Below are positions 12,686 to 22,100 of a DNA stretch of 64,000 nt, piece by piece; positions within the stretch are counted from its first letter, which is position 1, and every line of letters begins with the position of its first letter. Under the pieces are notes generated by a model. That model did no database searches and was not told the DNA's origin. It worked only from the letters and a program-made list of their open reading frames with translations. The stretch comes from Blasia pusilla. Lineage: Eukaryota. Location of the stretch: NCBI GenBank assembly GCA_050084515.1, contig CM114271.1, positions 38,316,001 through 38,380,000 on the forward strand, read 5' to 3'. A program made the position numbers and the translations under genes.

Positions 12686-13302
12686 TTTGTGCGCATACAT
12701 ATCGCTACACAACATACATCGCTGGTCACATCTACACCACACAACACCGATCTTCTCCACACACGGGTCGATCCACACATGTACAAAAATCAACTCATAC
12801 ATATACATGGAGATCACACAACAAACATAAAGAGTAGTAAAAACGGCACACCCGGCCTAAAACTCCACTCCTCAATCTACATCGATATATCGAGCCTCGT
12901 CCACCCTGTGCTATCAAGGAATCCGGACGCTAGCACCCTCGTCCTCTCTCACATACATACAAGGGAGGTGCTCCAACAGCCCAACATGAGAAAGATGGCT
13001 TAGGAAAGCCATCTTCCTCTCTTATATAGGGTTGGGAAGAGCCAAAAGGCTCTTCCCCTAAAAATAGCCCTCTCCTTGGTAACCTGCGCGCACAGGTTAC
13101 CAAGGGCGGGTGACCTGGTCAACAAGTCACCCGGATGTGAAAGACCTCAACATGAAAGTTGTCAGAAACGACGTTCCTGACACAATGGACCTATCTTCAA
13201 CCTCATCCGACACCATGGGACAAAGTTACACTCAAGATAGTTCGCTTGCTCCTACGCCCTATCCACGATAGATCTCGACCTATCGACTACTCAGATGTGA
13301 CA
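12686..13302 (-). mobile_element. Solo A+B terminal-repeat unit of a related family, inserted antisense at the RT/RNase H connection
   Basis: GCATT duplicated at 12681-12685 and 13303-13307; removing the insert restores VRAFMGLVNYY. Minus strand reads TGTCACA...gcgatatgtatgcgcaCA-AA, matching the B end of element 1. Confidence 0.88.
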
Positions 13303-13860
13303 GCATTCATGGGATTGGTGAACTACTATCAGAGGTATGTGAAGGGACTTAGTGTTGTGGCAAAGCCTTTGAATCAATTGTTGAAATCAGATTAGGAGTG
13401 GAAATGGGGAGATGATCAGGAGAGAGCTTTTGTGGAGCTCAAGGCCCAATTGGTGGCGGCGCCTATCTTGAGGAGACCTATTAGAGGACGCCCATTTCAG
13501 TTATACACTGATTGGAGTAGGTTGGGACTTGGAGCGGTGTTGACACAACATGATGATGAGCACATGGAGTTTTTGGTGGCCTATGCAAGTCGTTCGAATA
13601 ATGCAGCGGAGTCGCGCTATAGTTCATATGAGGGAGAGTGCTTGGCAGTAGTGTGGGTTGTGGCACACTTTAGCTGTTACTTGTTTGGCACACAGTTTAC
13701 CCTTGTTACTCATCACCAGCCGCTCAAGTGGTTGATGGAGTCTGACAAGCTTACAGGGAAGCTTGCACGGTGGGCTCTTATCTTATAGGAGTATGACTTC
13801 CAGGTGGTACATAGACCTAGAGTTGCCAACCTTGATGCTGATGGGTTGAGTACATGTACT
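13303..13860 (+). pseudogene. RT connection and RNase H
   Basis: FMGLVNYY, LYTDWS..GLGAVL, YASRS, YSSYEGECLAVVW, HQPLKWL, NLDADGLS. Confidence 0.92.
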
Positions 13861-14199
13861 AGCCAAGAGGATGCAACTGGGGCTAGATGGCATGGCGAGG
13901 TTGATGAGGAGATGGTGCCAGGTTGGCATGCATCTGCCTTTTTATGTTGGTTAGGGGTGGACTCTAGTATGGAGGACCACATGACATCTTACTCTAGTCA
14001 GAGGGTAGATGGCCAGCCTTCAGATCCTAAGGTTGGAGATGGTGGTACGGATCAGCGTGATATTCATGATGATGCGTTGGTGTTGGAGTTCCTACGGACC
14101 AGTAGGGTGCCAAGTATAGTGAGTGCCAAGGAGCGAGACCGTGTTCTTCAACGTGCTAAGAGGTATCGATTGGAGGGAACACATATTCTCCGTGTGTAG

Positions 14200-15508
14200 G
14201 AGGATGGTAGAGTATGAGTAGTGCCGCATTTGGCTCAGAGAGAGCGCATTGTGCGACATGCCCATGAGGAGTTGGGACATTTTGGGGTAAAGCGTACGTA
14301 TAGCTTACTCCTTGGTCAGTATTGGTGGCATGGCATGCATACTCAAGTGCAGCAGTTGGTGTCACGTTGTATGGTTTGTGACCGGATGAGGGCATCATTC
14401 AATGCCCCTACACCATAGTTACAACCTTGCCTATTATGGGGTTGGGTTACCGTTGGAATGTGGACTTTGCGGGACCGTTACCGTTGACTGTAGGACATCA
14501 TCGATATGTGTTGGTGATGGTGGAGCACTTCTCCAAGTGGATTGAGTTGGTGGCATTTCCTGACAAGGCAAGTGAGGGAACGGCGTATGCGTTTCTTGAT
14601 AGAGTGCTTAGTCATTTTGGTGCATCAGTTGAAGTGTTGACCGACCAGGGTACAAAGTTTCAGGGTGAGTTTCAGGTCTTGTGTGACAAGGCGTTGATTG
14701 ATCATCGGACCACATCTCGAGATCATCCAGAGGCGGATGGTTTGGTTGAGCATGTGGTTAAGACGATGAAGAGGGCATTGCGCAAGTATGGCCTACAGAA
14801 GGGGCATCTTGGAGACTGGGATATTCAATTGCTATGGTTAGCCATGGGGTATAGGTTCAGTCGCCAAGCATCCTTGGTTTCCTTCTCACCTTATTTTCTA
14901 TTATACGGCCAAGATCCAAACTTGCCTGCATCAATTCGTCGGGAGTCTAGTAAGGTGGTGAACCTTGACGACCCAGAGATGTGGATGAGAGTGTGTTCTT
15001 AGTGTGCAGAGCTCTTTCGGAGAGTTATGCCAACAACCTTCGAGAATCTTGCCATTGCTCAACACAGGGATACGTTGCGGTATGCAACCATTCGAGGTGG
15101 AGGTTATCGACCATTGATTCATAGTTCCATGTGGGGGACTATGTCTATTTGTAGCATATTGCACCGACAACGTTGGATGTGACGGCAGGTCGCACTATTT
15201 TACGAGTGCGCTAGGTGTTAGCTTCTGGAGTTCTCATGTTGGAGGGTCGTGATGGAGTTGTTTGGAAGGACCATGTGCGTAATTGTGGGCCATGTCATCT
15301 TCCAAATGTGGATGGTAATGTTGACCCAAGCTTAGCCATGATACGTGCTAGCTTGAGGTGTATGTTGTGTGGGTCTGCTAGTAACGCAGCCCGTATGTTG
15401 GTGTGTGATCGGTGTTCTAGGGGTTGGCACATGATGTGTTTGACTCCACGTATGGATGTTGTTCCTATTGGAAGGTGGGTTTGTCCTCGATGTACTTACG
15501 AGGGATAG
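14200..15508 (+). pseudogene. DDE integrase (HHCC plus catalytic core) with C-terminal PHD finger (15359-15493)
   Basis: HAHEELGHFG..CMVC, VDFAGPL, LTDQG, DGLVE; then CMLC-x-CDRC-x-H..C-x-WVCPRC. Confidence 0.92.
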
Positions 15509-15674
15509 ATGACTTGATCTTTGCATGATATGGATTACACATGTGCAACTAACGATGGGGCAACCTAGCACCCGGCCTTCTGATTTTTGCACCCACGAAG
15601 GTGTATAACATGTAGTAGATGTATAGGGCTACCTAGGAGTTAGAGGGACCTAATCGCCAGTTAGGGGAGCAAGT

Positions 15675-15778
15675 TGTGGTACACTTGTGTTTGTGGATGC
15701 TCTCGTCTATGTTATATATGTATATGAGTATGGTATGTCAGCGATGTATGTTGTATGACGATGTGGATTCGCACGACA
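15675..15778 (+). repeat. B repeat, copy 1, of element 2, preceded by a polypurine-tract-like aggggagcaag (15663-15673)
   Basis: tgtggtacacttgtg...gcacgaca recurs at 16133-16235. Confidence 0.93.
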
Positions 15779-15780
15779 AC

Positions 15781-16134
15781 TGTCATGACCATACGGATTA
15801 TGTCGTAGAGTATAGTGTGCTAGTAGATGCCATACCTTATGTAGGGGCCGTAGTGTCTAGGTAGAGATGCGGTTTCATACATAGGGTTTGGGGTTACTCT
15901 GTTGAGGATGACTTTTCCAATAGGGCCCGCTCTTAGGTTGGAGGATATAGTGTGGAATGCACTCAAAGAACAGTTAGTTCTTTGAGTTGAGCCTGTTGCG
16001 TTGGGAGTTAGCTTTGGTAGTGAGTAGAGCTCTTGGCTATGGTGGCTCCCGCAAGCTTTGACCTGGATTCTCCCATCGTGGAGTGGGTTTGGCTCGATTG
16101 TGTGTGATTCTATACGTGTTTTATGACAATAGGT
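15781..16134 (+). repeat. A repeat, copy 2, of element 2
   Basis: Direct repeat of 5795-6147. Confidence 0.95.
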
Positions 16135-16235
16135 GGTACACTTGTGTTTGTGGATGCTCTCGTCTATGTTATATATGTATGTGAGTATGGTATGTCAGCG
16201 ATGTATGTTGTATGACGATGTAGATTTGCACGACA
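16133..16235 (+). repeat. B repeat, copy 2 (element terminus), of element 2
   Basis: Direct repeat of 15676-15778, followed by the AGGG TSD. Confidence 0.93.
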
Positions 16236-17044
16236 AGGGGCAATGAATGATTAGGGTATATACATGCAAAAGACTGGCATGAAAGCCATCATCGTGGAAA
16301 TAGAAATAAGGTATTAAAAAAGTTCCTTACATCGGAGACGTGTTCTTATATACTTCAATTTGTCTCTTGGAAATTAGTTGAGGAATTGGGACATTTGTGA
16401 GAACACCCAACAGTAATCTCTCCACGTTTGGTAACAACCCCTCCAAACTTGCCATATGCATAACACAATGCAGAAATATTAATTTAAAAATATTTTTAAA
16501 TACCAAAAGATAATTATGTAACTAAAATTTGAAAAAGTAGGAGAGTAGAGGGGTTTTCCTTTTTTTTGGAGGGAAAAAAATAAGGAAAAAAAGAGCATAT
16601 TCGACATCCCAAACCTATCCCTTCCCGAACCCGACCCTACGACCCACTCCGCCGTTCAATGGAGATGTAATGGCCAGATGTAATCGGCCGTTGGATGGCA
16701 ACCTAACCCAAATCGGCGGAGGTGGCGGTCCGCCATGGCAAGGTCTCCGCCGGCCCTAGGCAACTCCGCAGTCGCCGCGGGCCCTTGGCGCCTCGGGCCC
16801 CCTTCCCCATCGACCTTCCCCCTCCCCATTCGGGCAATCGACACTCCTATCCAAATGGGGAGGGGGAGCAAAACTCGCTCTCCCCTCCACTTTCCTTCCC
16901 CTCTCGATCGCCTCTTCTCAACTACTTCGGGGTCTGCTCTCTTTTCGACTCTCAATCGCCTCCACTCAGCAACTTCGGGGTTTGCTTTCTCTTCGACTCG
17001 GGCTCGTAAGGCTTCGGCTTGTGGTCTCTCTCCGCTTTGCTGTC

Positions 17045-17275
17045 ACTGTGCTCGACCTGCTTTCTCATGCGGATCTAACTTTTGAGCTTCTGAGAGTTAA
17101 CTACAATGCTCCTAGTATAGGCACTTGAGTGCAGGCAAGTTTTGGCCTTGCCCTCTCTCCGCTCCAATGTCACCACAACGTGTGCTCGACCTGCTTTCTC
17201 ATGAGGCTCTTCGAGCTTATTGATTGGGAAGTTTTTTTTTTCGCTCCTAGTACACGCACTTGAGTGCAGGCACAC
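17045..17275. repeat. Imperfect tandem duplication, about 135 bp period
   Basis: tgtgctcgacctgctttctcatg and gcacttgagtgcaggca each occur twice. Confidence 0.75.
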
Positions 17276-19108
17276 TCGAGTGCAAGCTCAAGCTATAGCT
17301 TCAGAGCCAACTCGAAGCTTTGAAGTCCGCTCCGAGCTCCGAGCGGCCTTCAAGCTTGCTTCCGCCTTGCCTTCGCCTTGCTCGAGGTTTTTTTCATTGT
17401 TTCCAAGGGCTTACAAGTTTTTACATTAAGCCACACACATACACCGGGCTGCTCACTAATATTAATAGAGTTCAGAATTCATAGATCTTCGGAGTTAGGA
17501 GTTTAGAGAATTTTGAGTTCAAAGTTCATAGCTACAAGCACTCACAGAGTTCAAAGTTCAAAGTTTAGACCTTGTAGCTCACTGACAACAAGGGCTTATC
17601 ATGTGTTATGGGTTCCGGTCAAGCGATTTTAGATCTTTTTAGCCTTGAATTCACCACGGTTTTGTCACTGCAGGTTCTGTACTGATGCCCTTAGGATTTC
17701 TAGTGCCGCTAAAGTTGTGTAGTTTTCGAGGCTTGTAGCTTGCTCGTTGTACATTTGAGTATTCGAGTTGAGTACTCTTAGACAGCGAGAAGATGAGACA
17801 ATAGAAAGGGAAACAGGGAGACGTAGAATGCATACACATAATTTCAAAGCTTATCCCTGAAAACATTCATTTTCCAAGTAAGATTACATGTCTTAGAGCA
17901 TAATCTAGATGTTAACTACTACACCTTTCCCCTCTTGCCCTTTTTGAGGGACTTTAGTCTCCTCTGGGTCACTCATTGAATTAGTGGGCACCGAATATTG
18001 ATCGGTGATCCCCTAGGAGATGTTGAGTAGTTCGAGCGTGGTGTTTTCTGACGCTTCTTTGCAGATGCTCCCTCGGCCGCACACTCTCTTCCGCAATTCG
18101 GCCTCCTTACATGGTACGGTGGGGTCCCTTGGACATCTATAAGGAGGTCATTTTTTAAGTCTCAATTGGCCTTGGAAAATACCCTTTTTTTGATACAATG
18201 GGCTCCCCTCTAGCAGGAAGGGAATCCTTAATCACGTTTTCAAAGCCGGATGGACACTCGGGGCCGAGTCTCTCTCCCTAGGGAGGACTGATCCCAAAGT
18301 GCATTTTTTTCCATTTGCTCAATCGGACACAATCTTCTTGAGACCCGGGATACCATTTCAAAGTATCTAATGGCTCCTCATAGGCTTCCTTCACACCGAA
18401 ATGCTTCTTCGATGAAGCCACCTTGACTACACTCTTTCCCTTTCCTTGGGTGGACTTCCTTGCTATTATTCTCGTTGCCATACCGGTTGTTTTGGTTGCT
18501 GCCTATGTGTTGGGGGTATTCTGCAGGTTATGAGGTGAAACTGAACCTGGAGCAACACTTGGGACGGGAGTTTTCGGAGCGTGGGTAGTGGTGCAGCACT
18601 CGAGAATGGGGAGCACCAAGAGTTGCTGATGGAGCTGATCAAAGAGCGGGAGGAGCTGCTGAAAGAGCCGATCTTGCAATAGGAGCTACGAAAGGAGCCA
18701 AAACAGCAATGGGACATGCCAAAGGAGCCGAATCGGAAGTGAGAGCTGCAAAAGTAGTTGACTCGAGAGTGGGAGTTGCCGACCACTCTATAGAGTACTT
18801 GAAATGCAGGAACAAATTATAAGCAATATTTGAGCTCAAAGAAGCCAGAGCATAGCTCGAAGATACATAGTGTTAGAGCTCAGAAGCTCAACCGTAGTTA
18901 GTTGCAAGTGTAAATGAAATATACGTCAATAGATCTCAGAAGCTTGTAAAGAATGATTAAATGGCTTATAAAGAAATGAGTAAAGAGTAAAGATCGGACG
19001 TCACCTGAGACCTGATCCTGATTGAAGTGCCCACATTATTTTGGTGCTCTTAAATTTTTTTGTAACTCAAGCGCTGACGCCCTTCTTCAAATAGCAAGAG
19101 GGATACTA

Positions 19109-22100
19109 TATTGGATTCTCAACATCCACTCCTCTGAGCACCAGTGATTTGATCGGCCCCCTTGTATGAGGAAAAGCCTAGATCGATGGTTCCGACTTAG
19201 ACGTTGAAGGAGTCATAGTAATATGACGTAGGTGGTTTACGGAGTAGCGTTACTAGGTTTATCTAACCCTATATTGCATCAGGGTGCGGAGCACCCTGAT
19301 GCATCGCGGGGGTCCGGGTTTAGGGTCAAGACGACGCGGGGGTCCGGCAAAATTTTTCTATTAATAGAAATGAAGAAAAATAGGTAAAAACCCTAGTTTT
19401 CCCGAGTAGTCAAATAGTCGGGAGCCGCAGCGGTAGCGCATTCTCGTATGTCGAGTTATCTCCCAGTTCAGGTTCCATCGAAGCTCTTCTGTGAGCGCAC
19501 GGACGGACTAGGCCACTTTGTATCTCTAAGTTTTTGTAAAGATTTCAGTGATTTAGTCACTTTCTGTTTTCTCACATGGTATTAGAGCAGTAGGTTTTTC
19601 CAGTATTTTGTATCTGGCGATCTAGTGTGTTTGCACAAAATCTTGAGAGATGGCTACTTCTTCGTCAGTTCGTGCTCGCCCCTCCTGCATTTGGGTGAAG
19701 GGAAGTTAGATGGGTCTAACTATACGTTGTGGAAGTTCAAAATGAGAACTGTTCTCGAATCATTTGAGATCTGGGAAACGGCCACAGGGGTCGATTCAAA
19801 TCCACAAGCTAGTTTGAGTTCTGCAAGTTCATCTTCATCTGAGGATATCGATCCTGTTGTATTATTGGCATGGAGACGTAGAAACGCTGATGCTCTATAT
19901 GCGATTGTCACGAATGTAACTGATTTTGTCATGACTCTCATTCAACATACAACCACTGCTGCTAAGGCGTGGAACATTTTGAAGAATCAGTATGAAACGA
20001 GGAATGAGACTCGGATTCAAAATCTGGAGAATCAGCTTACGTTCGAGAAATTTTCAGAAGGAGAAAGCGCGGAGCAATTTTTGACAAGGATCAAGAATCT
20101 TCAAGATCAGATGGCGTCCTTGGGAATTTCAAAGTCTAGCGAAGATTTGGCACGCCGATGCATAAGGATTTTGCCTCCAAGGTATGACAGTTTGGTCACT
20201 GCACTGAATACTCAAGTAAGACCCACGCCGCTTACTTTTGAACAATTTAGTGCAATGTTGGTAGAAGAGGAAATGCGCTTCAAAGCAAGAGAGGGAAGTG
20301 ACGCAAACATTTTCGCCAACGTCTGAGAGAGGTAGAAATCAGGATTACAGTTCAAATGTCAAGAAGAAATTTCCAAGAAAAGCCTTCAAATGCTTTTATT
20401 GTGGTAAGCTAGGTCATCTTATCAAAGATTGTAGGAAGAGAAGTCAGGATGAGAAGAACGGTTGTTTAAGACCTAAGAAGGAGTTTGGAAAGTCAGAGAA
20501 CCAGGGGAGAACATGAAGTAGATGCTTGGGTAGCAATAGAAGAGTTCATACAGCGGAACATACCACTAAGACAAAGAGTGAAGATTCATGGGTGCTCGAT
20601 AGTGGAGCATCTAGGCATATGACCAATCATAAGGATTGGTATAGCTCTTACATCCTCTCTGAGCCCATCGTTATTCTTGTTGGGAATAATGCAAAGTGCC
20701 CAGTAGAAGGGAAAGGCACAATTTCTTTAGTCTCACAAAAAGGAGATGAAAAGAAGTTAACGATGTACAAGACGTACGAGTTGAAGCGAAATTTGATTTC
20801 AGTGGCAGTATTATGTGATCGTGACCTAGAAGTTCGTTTCAAGAAAACTGGAGCAGTCATTGAGGATACCAATGGGAAAGTAGTGGGTGAAGGTATACGA
20901 CGTGGAAATATCTACGAGTTGTATGCTTTCACGACAAGTGTAGGTACAGATCTTAGTAGCAGTAAGTTGTGGCATGAAAGATTTGGTCACCTAAGCTTTC
21001 CCTTACTAAGTCAGATGCAGAAATCTGGCATGGTTGCTGATTTACCAACAATTTCTGGAGTGTCGGATACTTGTGAAGCTTGTATGATGGGCAAGCAACA
21101 CCAACAACCATTTCCACAAGAGTCCAGCAATAGGGCAAAGGCTCCTCTAGAGTTGATACATGCTGACCTCTGTGGTAAAATGAGAACGGTGGCATTAGGT
21201 GGTTCTTCCTACTTCTTTTTAATTGTCGACGATTATAGTAGGAAGATGTGGGTGTATTTCCTTCGTGATAAGGCAAGTGCTTTTGGAAAATTTAAAGTAT
21301 GGCACAAGCTGGTTGAGAATGAGACAGGAAAGAAGGTACAAAAGCTTCGCACCGATCGAGGAGGAGAATTCTTATCAGAATTCAACAAATATTTGGGAGA
21401 GCATGGAATCAATCGACAGATTAACCACGGCAGCACATACACCACAACAAAATGGAGTTGTTGAGCGTCAAAATCGTAAATGAGTGGTGGAGATGGCAAG
21501 ATGTATGATGAAAGCAAAAGGTTTGTGAAGGCTTTTTGGGTGAAAGCTATTATCTTGCCAGTATACATTCTAAATAGAAGTGCTACCAAGTCGGTGCAAG
21601 GCATGACTCCTCATCAATCATACTCGGGTAAAGTACCATCGGTCCAACATTTCAGGACTTTTGGTAGTGAGTGTTTTGTACATATTCAAGCATCGAGGAC
21701 CAAGTTGGAGTCCAAGAGCAGGAAGTGCATCTTTATGGGATACTGATGATGAGTCTAAAGCTTATCGCCTTTGGTGTCCTGAGGAAAAGAAGATGCTTGT
21801 GAGTCGTGACGTGGTGTTCGAGAACGAGCCTCGTCAAGTGGCGGATATCGATGGTCCGTCCACATTATCATCAAACGAAGAGATAACCCACCAGAGCACA
21901 CCACAGATGTTTACACGAGATCATGAAGAAGAAGATTTTGGTGATGATTACAAAGAGCAACCTGCTCTTCCACTACGGTCGTCATACCCTAAGTGGATAA
22001 AGCAGCTCTTGGATGGTAAGGATCCACCAGCAACTGATGAAGTTGTTACACATCCAAGGAGATCCAAGAGACTAGAGGAGCAGAATAGAGCTTCCGCACA

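Larger units (their letters stand above)
5795..16235 (+). mobile_element. Full-length decayed Ty3/Gypsy-type retrotransposon (element 2) encoding a cytosine methyltransferase and a PHD finger, with split direct repeats
   Basis: Begins TGTCAT (5795) and ends GCACGACA (16235); AGGG on both flanks (5791-5794, 16236-16239). Domain order PR-(DNMT)-RT-RH-IN is Gypsy-type. Confidence 0.93.
1908..17469 (-). mobile_element. Autonomous-type Helitron body, interrupted by Gypsy element 2; 5' end uncertain (candidate TC ends at 17469 and 24395)
   Basis: Rep motifs as above. Minus-strand TCTATTAATATTAGTGAG at 17469 and A|TCTATACTACTATGTGAGAGTGCC at 24395 both resemble Helitron 5' termini. Confidence 0.55.

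Noticed and set aside
5795-16235. DIRS/Ngaro (tyrosine recombinase) classification suggested by the split repeats
   Set aside because: No recognisable tyrosine recombinase; protease, DDE integrase, TG..CA ends and a TSD are present, and the methyltransferase is C5 type rather than the DAM-like domain of DIRS.
18278-18481. Histone H3 gene or pseudogene
   Set aside because: Similarity is limited to the first ~15 residues; no histone fold.
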